DNA from: Candidatus Bathyarchaeota archaeon
Lineage (GTDB): Archaea > Thermoproteota > Bathyarchaeia > Bathyarchaeales > Bathycorpusculaceae
Assembly (NCBI GenBank): GCA_963733095.1
Contig: CAVTBV010000001.1
Location: 96,001-160,000 of the forward strand
Direction of reading: 5' to 3'
Length of the DNA stretch: 64,000 nucleotides
The notes below the pieces were generated by a model. It searched no databases and had not been told where the DNA came from. It saw only the letters and a program-made list of their open reading frames with translations. Made by a program: the position numbers and the translations under genes. Each line of letters opens with the position of its first letter. Positions within the stretch are counted from its first letter, which is position 1. This document shows positions 10,105 through 19,979 of this stretch, in pieces.

Positions 10105-10509
10105 ATGCCGAAAGAATTTAGCTACCGTGGACAAAGTCTTGCCAGTTTAACAGGCATGTCCATGGATGAATTCATCAACATGCTTCCCTCCCGTCAACGC
10201 AGAAGCCTACAACGAGGGCTAACACCAGAACAACGCATACTGCTTGAAAAACTGCGCGAAGCAAAAGAAGCCCAAAAACAAGGCAAAGACGTCAACATCA
10301 AAACACACGTCCGCGACCTAATCATTCTGCCAGAAATGGTTGGCGCAAAAATCGCCGTTCACAACGGCAAAGATTTTGTCGCCATGGAAATTAGGCCAGA
10401 AATGATCGGTCATTACCTTGGAGAATTCGCCATAACTAACAAGCCTGTTAGGCATGGAACTCCAGGTATCGGTGCGTCGCGTTCGTCAATGTATGTGCCG
10501 CTAAAATAA
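10105..10509 (+). CDS. rps19: 30S ribosomal protein uS19
   Basis: [36 protein letters not shown]. Confidence 0.97.
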   Translation: MPKEFSYRGQSLASLTGMSMDEFINMLPSRQRRSLQRGLTPEQRILLEKLREAKEAQKQGKDVNIKTHVRDLIILPEMVGAKIAVHNGKDFVAMEIRPEMIGHYLGEFAITNKPVRHGTPGIGASRSSMYVPLK

Positions 10510-10576
10510 CCTGTTTCTTTTCTTTATTTTCTTTGTTTTGTTGATGCTTTCACACACGGGAAACTTTGCCTACTTA

Positions 10577-10736
10577 TTTCAACATTTTAATAGCATTGAA
10601 GGGATCAATATGCTCTGTCCTCTTAGAGATTTCTTGACCCCTCTCTTGTTTCTGCAATGAGTTTTAATATTTTTCAAATAGGCGCCTTGCCCTCTATGGT
10701 TTGAACATAGAACCTCTATTAAGTCCTAATAGGTTC
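10577..10736 (+). repeat. Dispersed intergenic repeat, copy A
   Basis: Aligns by eye with 28515-28630 (AACAT..TAAT..CAATA..CTTAGAGA..CCCCTCT..GTTTCTGCAATG..CTATTA..TCCTAATA). Confidence 0.65.
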
Positions 10737-10933
10737 GTAAAAGCCTCCCATCTATGGGTGAGGTGAATAGATTGAAGATAGGATGCGAATAGAATATTGC
10801 AAGCTTTAACTGGATGCTCCGTTGGTGGTTTTGCCAATTTAGATAAACGTTAATAGTGCATCCAGTTAGTTTCTAGTGAGGCTTTTGGGCATGTTTAGTT
10901 TTCAGTCACGCGTATCGCGTTTTTGCAACTGTA

Positions 10934-11690
10934 GTGTCCAAAAGGACGTTTTGCTCGTTTTTCCCGGAAAATTCAAAGCACCCGACCCTCAAGTTCCCCT
11001 CGCCTTTTTACATATTGCAGCCTTAAGCGGGAAGGTTTTAGCACTCGAATTCTCGACATGCGCCTCGAAGACTACCGTCAAGTTCAGGTGGACAATCCAG
11101 TTTTGTGGACATAAGTTGCATGAGCGGTTTGCAAATCAAGTATGCCTTAGAATTTGCCAAATGTGCGAAATCAGAATCCTTCTTGCCCACTTGTTTGGGG
11201 CGGCGTTCACCCACCATTTGCTGCCCGAGCAGACAGCGATTAACGATTTTGTCGACATTATTGTGCGAGGCGAGGCGGTGATTATTTAGCAGAAACTTTC
11301 GATTTAATGGATAAGTTGCGCGAGGTAAACCCTAAAACACAGCATTACGGCATTTTCGTATATACACCATTCCCAAGCACAGTTATGCAGTATTTGCCAT
11401 CAGAGTTTATGCTTCCCCAATCGCTTGAAGAATGGGGCAGCGTACAAGTTTTCCATTTCAACCCAACATGGAATAGCAAAGAACAAAGCGAAAAATTGCA
11501 CGCCATCTCCGCAGTCTCCCGGCTAGCCTTTTATCCGGAGTCAAGAATCAAAGAACGTTATTTAGCATTTCAAGTTCGCTTGCGGTATAATGAATAGGCT
11601 TGAAAAATACCGTTGGCAACACAGAAACTTATGATTTTCCAGTTGAATTGAAAATGGCTGAGGCCATGGCAAGTTTAAGGGTTTTCTTTA
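10934..11690 (+). pseudogene. Decayed B12-binding-domain radical SAM gene (multiple frameshifts, core deleted)
   Basis: Fragments across frames: DVLLVFPGKFKAPDPQVPLAFLHIA / REGFSTRILDMR / ISCMSGLQIKYALEFAK / PLVWGGVHP / LPEQTAINDFVDIIVRGE, then C-terminal YTPFPST..PQSLEEWG; no CxxxCxxC left. Confidence 0.8.
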
Positions 11691-12116
11691 GGCGCTGTAG
11701 TCTCGTCCTTCAGGTTTTGTGCTTACGGGTTTTCCAGCTTCAGGAATCTGCGGCAGTGGAATAGGTGGCGGAATATTTAGTGTTCTTGAAATAAGCACCG
11801 ACTCGATGAATACAACGTTAGATACTGACTGGATTATTATCTGCGCTGGAGGCTTTTTCTGCTCGTAATCTTTTAGGACTTTGTCCACTTCATTTTTTTC
11901 GCCGTTTACATAGGCAATCCCCTTGATGCTCATTTGTGCAATTGAGGGGTTGTAGACGATAGACAAAACAAATGGCACCTCTAAGGATTCATCCTGCTTT
12001 TTTTCCATGCCAACAACATTAATATTAGTGTTAATCTGAATGGGCGGAATTGGTTTTCTGATGTCCCAGAAGCGTTCAGCAGAAACGCTAGTTATAACTA
12101 CGTTCACTCTAAGCAT
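11688..12116 (-). CDS. Conserved archaeal hypothetical protein (possible SecB-like fold)
   Basis: Beta-rich N-half, C-terminal helix and LNIPPPIPLP tail; last gene of the r-protein cluster. Confidence 0.6.
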   Translation of the reverse strand: MLRVNVVITSVSAERFWDIRKPIPPIQINTNINVVGMEKKQDESLEVPFVLSIVYNPSIAQMSIKGIAYVNGEKNEVDKVLKDYEQKKPPAQIIIQSVSNVVFIESVLISRTLNIPPPIPLPQIPEAGKPVSTKPEGRDYSA

Positions 12117-12167
12117 GACGGGTCAAAAAGAATAATTGCAGTTGGAAGATTTAAAACTGCTTACTGT

Positions 12168-12389
12168 TTACTTCTGCTTGTAGCGTGTAAAGCCACAGTG
12201 ACCGCAAGTGTACCTGTCATGGTGATCTCCCATGAAGTATCCTGGTCCACAACGCTCGCAAGTCGGGCGTGCCCGCGAGACTTTATCTCCTTCAGCCTTG
12301 TACATTACGCTAACACCTTTTTTGCCTTTGGGTTTTTTCTCACTTTTCTTCTCTGGCTTTGCTTCTTCTTTCTTTTGAGCAGCTGACAT
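12168..12389 (-). CDS. rps27ae: 30S ribosomal protein eS31 (S27ae)
   Basis: CERCGPGYFM..H.DRYTCGHCG zinc ribbon. Confidence 0.95.
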   Translation of the reverse strand: MSAAQKKEEAKPEKKSEKKPKGKKGVSVMYKAEGDKVSRARPTCERCGPGYFMGDHHDRYTCGHCGFTRYKQK

Positions 12390-12697
12390 TATGCGGTCGC
12401 CTCTTCCTTGGGTTTAGGTGGACTGTTACGTTTCCTGATGTATTCAGGTTCAACTATTTTTGCTTGATTAACGGATTGGTAAACGTTAGCAACTCCAACA
12501 GTTATGCTGGTTCCTGTTTTGGTGCGCATTCTTTTAATGAACACGACATCGTCGCCAAGTTTCATTTCGATAGCTACGGCTTTCTTTACCTCTAGCCTTG
12601 GAGGAGTTTTCTCTTTTGGACCCGAAACTATGGTGAAGCCGACTTCTTTCCGCTTCAGAAGCGGGTTATCCTTGGTTGAATCTATTTTGACTTGCAT
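12389..12697 (-). CDS. rps24e: 30S ribosomal protein eS24
   Basis: NPLLKRKEV, TPPR, EPEYIRKRN; conserved position. Confidence 0.93.
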   Translation of the reverse strand: MQVKIDSTKDNPLLKRKEVGFTIVSGPKEKTPPRLEVKKAVAIEMKLGDDVVFIKRMRTKTGTSITVGVANVYQSVNQAKIVEPEYIRKRNSPPKPKEEATA

Positions 12698-12740
12698 TAA
12701 TGTTCACTTAAGGCGTAGATTCATACAATAAGCTTCTTAT

Positions 12741-13283
12741 TTAGCTTTTCGAAGATTTCATGGCGTTTAAGAGCTCTTGAGCCCGAGCTTTCCTCTCAGA
12801 TGTTACTTTAACGACCACAATACCACAATGTGGCTGTCCGTAGACAACAAAAGCGGTTTCTGGCGCGTACAAAACAGCTATGAGAGTTAACAAGTCTTCT
12901 TCGCCCTCAACCACTATATGAGTGTGTTCATCTCTTTCTAAAGCTTCTTTGACAGCAAAGATTGCTTCTTGAGTTATCGTTCCCTGGGGATTACTCACTC
13001 GCACCGTTTTCTCAACAGGCTCTTCTTTGGGTACAGGCTGGGTTCTTAGTGAAATGTTGTCGATGATTGTTAACTGAGGATTGATGTTGTGTTTGTGGAG
13101 GTTACTGGAGACGATGTCGCCGACAGAAATTATCTTTGGCGGCCTTTCTTTTTCAACCATTTCCTTCATTTTAGCCATGGTTTCTTCAACAGTGCCCTGA
13201 ATTAAGCTGCCAAAGGGGGCTTTTAGTTTCATGCGCAGTTCAGGCGTTAGGATGTACGCTACTATCATCGTTTGAACCTGCAA
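12741..13283 (-). CDS. GTP-dependent dephospho-CoA kinase (DUF359)
   Basis: LKAPFG, VGDIVS, NPQGTIT, VEGEEDLL, YGQP; conserved position after spt4; start may be ATG 13268. Confidence 0.9.
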   Translation of the reverse strand: MQVQTMIVAYILTPELRMKLKAPFGSLIQGTVEETMAKMKEMVEKERPPKIISVGDIVSSNLHKHNINPQLTIIDNISLRTQPVPKEEPVEKTVRVSNPQGTITQEAIFAVKEALERDEHTHIVVEGEEDLLTLIAVLYAPETAFVVYGQPHCGIVVVKVTSERKARAQELLNAMKSSKS

Positions 13284-13328
13284 AATAGAAAATGCCCGGT
13301 AGGTTATGAAGCTACCGCGAACCAGGAA

Positions 13329-13514
13329 TTAACGAACTTTTAAGGCGTACCGGCCTTTTTCTTTGATGTTCATCGCTTTTGCAATGGCTGAAGTTTCTGG
13401 GTCAAACATAACTACTAAGCCACTGAAATCTTCACTAAAATTGGTTGATTTGCATCTTGAGCAAACGTTGTCTTTACCTATGTAATGGCAGTTTGTGCAT
13501 GCTTTTTCGCTCAT
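13329..13514 (-). CDS. spt4: Transcription elongation factor Spt4 (RpoE'')
   Basis: KACTNC..CSRC, SAIAK, GRYALKVR. Confidence 0.95.
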   Translation of the reverse strand: MSEKACTNCHYIGKDNVCSRCKSTNFSEDFSGLVVMFDPETSAIAKAMNIKEKGRYALKVR

Positions 13515-13528
13515 TCAAATCAATCCTC

Positions 13529-14119
13529 TTATGCAGCCTTTTCTGGGGTTTCCGCTACTTTCTTATCAGATGCATTCTTGGTTTGGTCAATCTTTAACCA
13601 GTCTAATTTGCCTAGGAATGGTTGCCTTGCGGTGACGCCGATTTTGCCTGAGCTTCCAATTCTGCCCAAAGACACTGCCGTAATCCTGACGCGCACTTGG
13701 TCGCCTGTTGTTAGTTTACGTTTGCTTTCTTTTCCCAAAAGGACGCCTTGTTTTTCGTCGTAGGAGATGTAGTCATCCATGAGTTGTGAAACGTGTAGCA
13801 ATGCGTCGACTGGTCCGATGCGTACAAAAGCGCCAAAATCTGCTATTTCAACCACATCGCCTTCCACGATTTCCTGAATTATAGGATAGAAGGCTAATAA
13901 AGAAAAGGTTACTTTGTGGAATGTTGCGCCGTCGCCAGGTATGATTTTGCCTATAGGGCTAACTTGTATACCTGTAACTGCTATGACGTATCCTAGTTCT
14001 TCATCCACGATTCCTTCATACTTCTGTTTGACCTGTTCGCGGCCAACTTTTTCAAGTGGCTTGCCGAAGGTTTCGGGTGGAATGCGGATAGTGTCTTGAA
14101 GAGTAATTAGTTTGAACAT
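13529..14119 (-). CDS. rpo7: RNA polymerase subunit Rpo7 (RpoE')
   Basis: IRIPPETFG, IIPGDG, FGAFVRIGPVDALLHVSQL, RQPFLGK. Confidence 0.96.
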   Translation of the reverse strand: MFKLITLQDTIRIPPETFGKPLEKVGREQVKQKYEGIVDEELGYVIAVTGIQVSPIGKIIPGDGATFHKVTFSLLAFYPIIQEIVEGDVVEIADFGAFVRIGPVDALLHVSQLMDDYISYDEKQGVLLGKESKRKLTTGDQVRVRITAVSLGRIGSSGKIGVTARQPFLGKLDWLKIDQTKNASDKKVAETPEKAA

Positions 14120-14548
14120 CTACGATATCATCCCGTCAATGTATAGACGCGATTTTTGTCTCACATAAATCACTGGCACACTTATATCTCTTAGCTTCTT
14201 CTTTAATTGTATATCGTTTGTAAACACAGTAGAATTCCAGTTTTTAGCAACCTTAACGATAGCATCGTCTGTAGTTAACTTTTCATCGTTTTCGACTGGC
14301 ACGTACTTGCATTTTTCAGCCAGCTTCAATGCAAAAGATGCTTCCCTGCGAATCTTCGGTGAATCCTTAGCTGCAAGAATTTCGAGTTCACGCTTAACAG
14401 TCGAGAGCAAAACAAACTCTACATTTCGATTCAAGAGCCTCCGAAGTTCTTCGAAAATGTCAATCTTAAACTCCAAAGGAACAAACAGGGCGTTGGAATC
14501 TAAAATTACCTTAAGTGGCTGGTTTTTTTTAGGCTGTGAAGCCGACAC
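14120..14548 (-). CDS. PIN-domain protein (Fcf1/Utp23-like rRNA processing)
   Basis: VILDSNAL, DDAIV, TND..LKKKL; conserved position before rpo7. Confidence 0.88.
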   Translation of the reverse strand: MSASQPKKNQPLKVILDSNALFVPLEFKIDIFEELRRLLNRNVEFVLLSTVKRELEILAAKDSPKIRREASFALKLAEKCKYVPVENDEKLTTDDAIVKVAKNWNSTVFTNDIQLKKKLRDISVPVIYVRQKSRLYIDGMIS

Positions 14549-14666
14549 TTGACAGGGCTCCTGGCTTGTAACGTTAATTTTGGAAGCTTAAAACATTTTG
14601 CGTTGCGGTTTAGGCTCAAGTTGCTTTAACTTTAAATAACCGAATAAACGAATTGAGAACAGCTAG

Positions 14667-15107
14667 GTGAATTTAGTGATTCGCGAGAAATCATGTGGTG
14701 CCGTCGTATTCCTCAAAAAAGAAGATCAGACAAAGTATCTTCTCCTCAATTATGCCGCAGGACATTGGGATTTTGTTAAAGGCAATGTTGAACCGGGAGA
14801 AACTGAAAAAGAAACAGTGCTCCGTGAACTTCAAGAGGAAACCGGAATAACAGACGCCACCTTCATAGATGACTTCAAAGAAACCATCGTTTACTTCTAC
14901 CGACGACAAGGTTTAACAGTTCACAAAGAAGTCGTGTTCTTCATAATCGAAACCCATACAGAAAAGGTAGAGTTGTCTTTCGAGCATGTGGGTTTTATTT
15001 GGCTTGATTATAACCGAGCAATGGAAATACTGAATTTCAAAAATGCTAAGGATGTGCTGAAGAAAGCATATGATTTCCTAAAGAAACAGGGCGCAATAAA
15101 AGACTAA
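14667..15107 (+). CDS. NUDIX hydrolase, Ap4A-hydrolase-like
   Basis: HWDFVKG.VEPGETEKETVLRELQEETG Nudix box; LSFEH. Confidence 0.9.
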   Translation: MNLVIREKSCGAVVFLKKEDQTKYLLLNYAAGHWDFVKGNVEPGETEKETVLRELQEETGITDATFIDDFKETIVYFYRRQGLTVHKEVVFFIIETHTEKVELSFEHVGFIWLDYNRAMEILNFKNAKDVLKKAYDFLKKQGAIKD

Positions 15108-15111
15108 GCCC

Positions 15112-16359
15112 TTATTTTACGAGTCCGTACCCGATGAGTCTCCATCGTGCAGTTATCTTTCTGCTGATGGCAACTCTTGAGCCTGGCAAGGCACAGATGG
15201 GTCTTGTCAACTTTACTTTTATTACGTTCTGCTTGATTGAGATAACTTTGCCAACGTTCACGGCGGAACCAACATGGAGCAATAGCGTTTCGTCTGGGTT
15301 GATTTTTTCAACCTTCAGGAGTTCTTTGGTTCCAACGGCACGTTCCAAAACATGGGTTTCCAACGTGAGCTCTGTTAATGTTGGGGGAAGTTGGCCTGTT
15401 TTTCCTGCGATGCTTCCCGTTAACCCGTCTGCTTTTGAGTAGGATGGGTCAAGGCATGTTCCAACACCGACCAATCCTCCGCATGTGGCTTCTTGGACAT
15501 CGTCATTGCCAGCTTGGAGGCTAACAATTTCGCTGATTAAAGGGTCGTAGACTGTTTTACCTTCTCGTTCAGCCATAACGCCCGGGCGGATTTCTATTTC
15601 TTCTCCAACCTCAAATTTTCCTTGTGCTATAGTTCCACCGATGATGCCGCCTTCCAACCCCTCAATAGTTGTTCCAGGTTTGTTAACATCAAAAGAGCGT
15701 ATGATGAACATCATTGGCGGTTTGGTTTCGTCCCGCTTTGGAGTGGGAATTATAGTTTGTATGGCGTTTAGAAGTACATCTATGTTTATTCCTCTTTGCG
15801 CTGAGATTGGAATAATTGGAGCGTTTTCAGCTACCGTGCCCTTGACGAACGCTTTTATTTCTTTGTAGCTCTCTATCGCTCTTTTCTCGTCTACGATGTC
15901 AATTTTGTTCTGGACTATAATTAGGTTTTTTATGCCGCTGACTTCTGCAGCCGCAAGGTGTTCTCGTGTCTGCGGTTGAGGACATGGTTCGTCGGCTGCT
16001 ATTACTAAGATTGCGCCGTCCATTATTGCTGCGCCAGAAAGCATCGTAGCCATCAAGGCCTCGTGACCTGGTGCGTCAACAAAGCTTATGGCCCGGACAA
16101 ATTCTGCTTCTGAATTGCAGTTTTCGCAGAAAGGTTTGATAGTAAAGTTTTTTGGTGGTTCACACTTGGGGCACTTGTAGATTGGCATGTCGGCGTAGCC
16201 GAGTTTTATGGTGATGCCCCTTTTGAGTTCTTCACTGTGTCGTGATGCCCAAGTTCCAGTTAACGATTGAACCAAAGTTGTTTTTCCATGGTCTACATGT
16301 CCGATGGTGCCAATGTTTACTTCTGGCTGTTTAGGCAAGGCTTTACTAGTGTTACTCAT
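15112..16359 (-). CDS. eif2g: Translation initiation factor aIF2 gamma
   Basis: GHVDHGKTT, SEELKRGITIKLGYA, DAPGHE, NKID, RWRLIGYG. Confidence 0.97.
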   Translation of the reverse strand: MSNTSKALPKQPEVNIGTIGHVDHGKTTLVQSLTGTWASRHSEELKRGITIKLGYADMPIYKCPKCEPPKNFTIKPFCENCNSEAEFVRAISFVDAPGHEALMATMLSGAAIMDGAILVIAADEPCPQPQTREHLAAAEVSGIKNLIIVQNKIDIVDEKRAIESYKEIKAFVKGTVAENAPIIPISAQRGINIDVLLNAIQTIIPTPKRDETKPPMMFIIRSFDVNKPGTTIEGLEGGIIGGTIAQGKFEVGEEIEIRPGVMAEREGKTVYDPLISEIVSLQAGNDDVQEATCGGLVGVGTCLDPSYSKADGLTGSIAGKTGQLPPTLTELTLETHVLERAVGTKELLKVEKINPDETLLLHVGSAVNVGKVISIKQNVIKVKLTRPICALPGSRVAISRKITARWRLIGYGLVK

Positions 16360-16455
16360 AGGATTCTTCTTCTTTCCAATAAATACTGACGAATAAAGGA
16401 TGAATTAATTATAGACGTTTATAAGGTTTAAGCATGCCCTCATGTAAAACCGCGT

Positions 16456-16845
16456 TTATTTTGTAGCTTGCTCTGGCTTGGCTTCTGCGGGCTTTGCTGG
16501 TCTTTCAACAATTTTCATGTTGATTTGAGCTATCTCATCGGTAATGATGTTTCCTCGTACAGTTTTGCGTCTTCTTTCGCCCTTTTTCTCTGCTTTAAAA
16601 CCTGCTCCGCCGCTTAACACAACTCTTCGTCGTACGCCGCCATGGACATTTCCCCTCATGGGAACACCGTCTTTGTCGGAACCGCCTAAGATTTGGACTG
16701 TGTGTGCTGGTAAATCTACTGCTGAGCCATCTAGTGTTTCGCCTAATCGTCTTCCTATGAAGGGTGCTGCGCGTGCTTCTTCAAGCTCTACTACTTTGGA
16801 TGTTCCAGCTTCGGGATCGGAAACTATTACCTTAAACTTTGCCAT
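16456..16845 (-). CDS. rps6e: 30S ribosomal protein eS6
   Basis: GGSDKDGVPMR, GERRRKTVRG. Confidence 0.96.
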   Translation of the reverse strand: MAKFKVIVSDPEAGTSKVVELEEARAAPFIGRRLGETLDGSAVDLPAHTVQILGGSDKDGVPMRGNVHGGVRRRVVLSGGAGFKAEKKGERRRKTVRGNIITDEIAQINMKIVERPAKPAEAKPEQATK

Positions 16846-17187
16846 GATTATCTCTCCAGCGGAGTATGAAATTGGGTGCTCTCTCTATTAAGGATTTATG
16901 CAGAGTTATTTTATTTAGAGAGATGTATTTAGTCCCTTGGTTGTTTTAGTTTGCGGTAAAGTTGTAGTTGTATTCGGTTATTTTTACTTCATTGTATTTT
17001 ACTCATCACGCCTTGTTTACTGCGGCTAAGTTCCAAGAGTATTTAATTGGATAACTTAGCTTGAAACTTGTTATAATCCCATAAACATAGTTTGTAGCTG
17101 CTGTATATGTGGTAATATTTTAAGTTATGTTGGAACATGTATGAAGCCAACATACGTTTTTATTACCTTTCCGAAGAGGTGTATGAC

Positions 17188-17209
17188 TTATACACACTTC
17201 TGTGTATAA
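17188..17209. promoter_or_regulatory. Perfect inverted repeat upstream of surface-protein gene
   Basis: TTATACACA-CTTC-TGTGTATAA directly before AGGAG and ATG 17228. Confidence 0.55.
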
Positions 17210-17227
17210 AAAAGGAGAAAAGAACAA

Positions 17228-19979
17228 ATGCTAAATCTAAAAAGTAAAAAAATGGCCATTTTCATTACAGCGATTTTAATCATTTCTATGGGAGCTTCAA
17301 TGGCACTAATACCAAACACTAACGGGCACACTCCACCATATCAGATTCAGCTGTTTGCATTCGTTAATGTTGCACCTAACCCTGCTGGGCTGGGTCAGAC
17401 TGTTACTGTTGGCTTTTGGCTAAACGCACCGCCAATGACTGCAGGCACTATCTATGGTGACAGGTATGGTCCATTCACCGTACATGTCATAAAGCCTGAT
17501 GGAACAAACGAGACATCTGGGTCCATTCACTTCTGACGATACTGGTGGAACAAGCACACACTATACACCTGACCAATTGGGCGAATACCAATTCCAGATG
17601 ACCTATCCAGGACAAACACTAAACGGTGGCCAATACGGCTTAACTGGCATTAGCAACCCAAACTACATCAACGACACTATTTTACCAGCTATAAGCGATG
17701 TTGCAACCTTAACTGTACAGCAAGAACCAGTATCCTCTATTCCGGGCACTCCGCTTCCAACTAGTTACTGGCAGACTCCGATCAACGCGATGAACGTTAA
17801 CAACTGGTACACTATCGGCGGTCCTTATCTTGGCCTCTACATCGGCTACAGCGCAGGTAAAGGCGCCTCCAACTACAACACAACCACAAACTTCAATCCC
17901 TACTCTACTGCGCCGCTTACATCTCACATCATTTGGACAAGGCCCATTACTTTTGGCGGTGTCATCGGCGGTGATGCAGGCGGAACGACGACTTACGGCA
18001 ACTATTATTCGACTGCTCAGTACGAACGGAAGTATAATCCGATTGTCATCAACGGCTACCTTTACTACACTCAAATCCCAGGCAGCTCAGCTAACCCTAC
18101 TGCCAACGTCTGCGTTGACTTATACACTGGACAAACAATATGGGTCGACGACTCAACCAACTTAGGCGGTGGTAGTCCAGCGCAAACTGCTCTAACATCA
18201 GCAGGCTTAGTTACTCCCCTAGTGAGCGGTCAAGTGCTAGATTACGTGTCACCCAACCAATACGGCGGAATTGCATACCTATGGACGAGCGGAACCCTTG
18301 ACGGAATATACACGCGGCCTGGAACGACTTGTTTGAACATGTTTGATGCTATGACTGGTAAGTATATTCTTAGCATTGTTAACGGTACGGGCTTTTCGTA
18401 TGGACACACTGTGGATGCATCAGGCGACTTCATTGATTACTACACTAACACTACTGTTGGGACACAAACAATCTACGGACAAATTCAGCCAGTCATTGGA
18501 CCAGAACCCACAAAAGTTACTAACACTGCGGGCAACGGGTTGCTTGAGGTTTGGAATTCAACACAGTGCATTATGCTAGGCGCAGGCTGGGCATCTTCAT
18601 CGGGTTCAGGATGGAATTGGAAACCTAACCAGAATCTTGTCATCGACTATTCAAAAGGCATAATGGCTGCGTATCAGCTACCTACGGGTCAACCGACAAG
18701 TTGGACAATTATGGGCGTTAACAGCGGTGTCGCAATTCTTTACTCGCTAAATAACGCAGGGCTTACAAACTACTTCCAAACAGGTTCTGACTGGTTTACT
18801 GGCTTTGACATGAACACTGGACAACAGCTATTCGTTAAGGAGATCGCTTTTACGCCTTACACTGCAGTTAACTTAGACAACTATGGCAACGTTGCCGATG
18901 GAGTTTTCACAACCATCATCAAAGAGACTGGCGAGGTATCTGCTTTCAGTGTCACTACAGGCAATCTAGTTTGGACGACGACTCTTAAGGGCGATAATGG
19001 TGCGGATATAAATGCTTATGATACTGTGGGCGGCATTAAGGGCAACATCTACGGTGGGAACTTCTATATCTTTGGCTTTGGCGGCGACATCTGGTCTTTG
19101 TCGATGGCGGATGGCTCTGTTAACTGGTACACGAACACTACAAAGATTACTGGTGAAGCTGGCGGTAATACACCGTATGGTGTTTGGCCTATTTGGGTGC
19201 AGACTGGCATCGGCGGTGGTGGTGGATTGATGTTCCTTGGTGAGGGACATGAGTATTCGCCTCCTCTGTTCATCGGTTCTCAGCAATTGGCGATTAACTG
19301 TACGACTGGTGATCTTGTGTGGGCGATTGATTCGTTTAATGTCAACAGCAATCCGGAGCTTGCGTATGGTATTATGACGAATTTGAATGCTTATGACAAC
19401 CAGATCTACGCTTATGGGCAGGGTCCGAGTGCTACTACTGTTAGTGCTCCTCAGGTAGGCGTTTCTACTGCTACTCCGATTACTATTACGGGTACTGTGA
19501 CGGATGTTTCTGCGGGTGCAAGGCAAGAAGCGGTTGCAGCGAACTATCCCAATGGGTTGCCGGTGGTTTCTGATGCTAGTATGAGCGCGTTTATGGAGAC
19601 GGTGTATATGCAGCAGCCGGATCCGCACAACGAGGTCGGTGTTTCTGTTACTCTTAGTGTTGTTGACTCTAATGGTAACTATCGATCTATTGGTTCTACT
19701 ACTACTGATGCTTCGGGTGCGTACGGTTTTACTTGGACTCCTGATATTGCGGGTGATTATACTTTGATTGCGACGTTTGCTGGTTCAGGTGGCTACTATG
19801 GTTCTTCGGCTCAGACTCATTTCTATGCTAGTGACGTGGTGGCTTCGACTTCGGCTCCTACATCATCGACAGGCAACTATGCTACGACTACTGACTTTGC
19901 GATCGGTATTGCAGCGATTATCGTTGTGCTGGTTATAATCGGCGCATTGATTATGATGATGCTAAGAAAACGACCATAA
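17228..19979 (+). CDS. Secreted, C-terminally anchored PQQ-like beta-propeller protein; one +1 frameshift near 17516
   Basis: Signal peptide ORF 17228-17536 joins 17499-19979 as KPDGTNET/LGPFTSD, matching paralog KPDGSTQKLGPFSSD at 40644; C-terminal TM plus RKRP. Confidence 0.82.
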
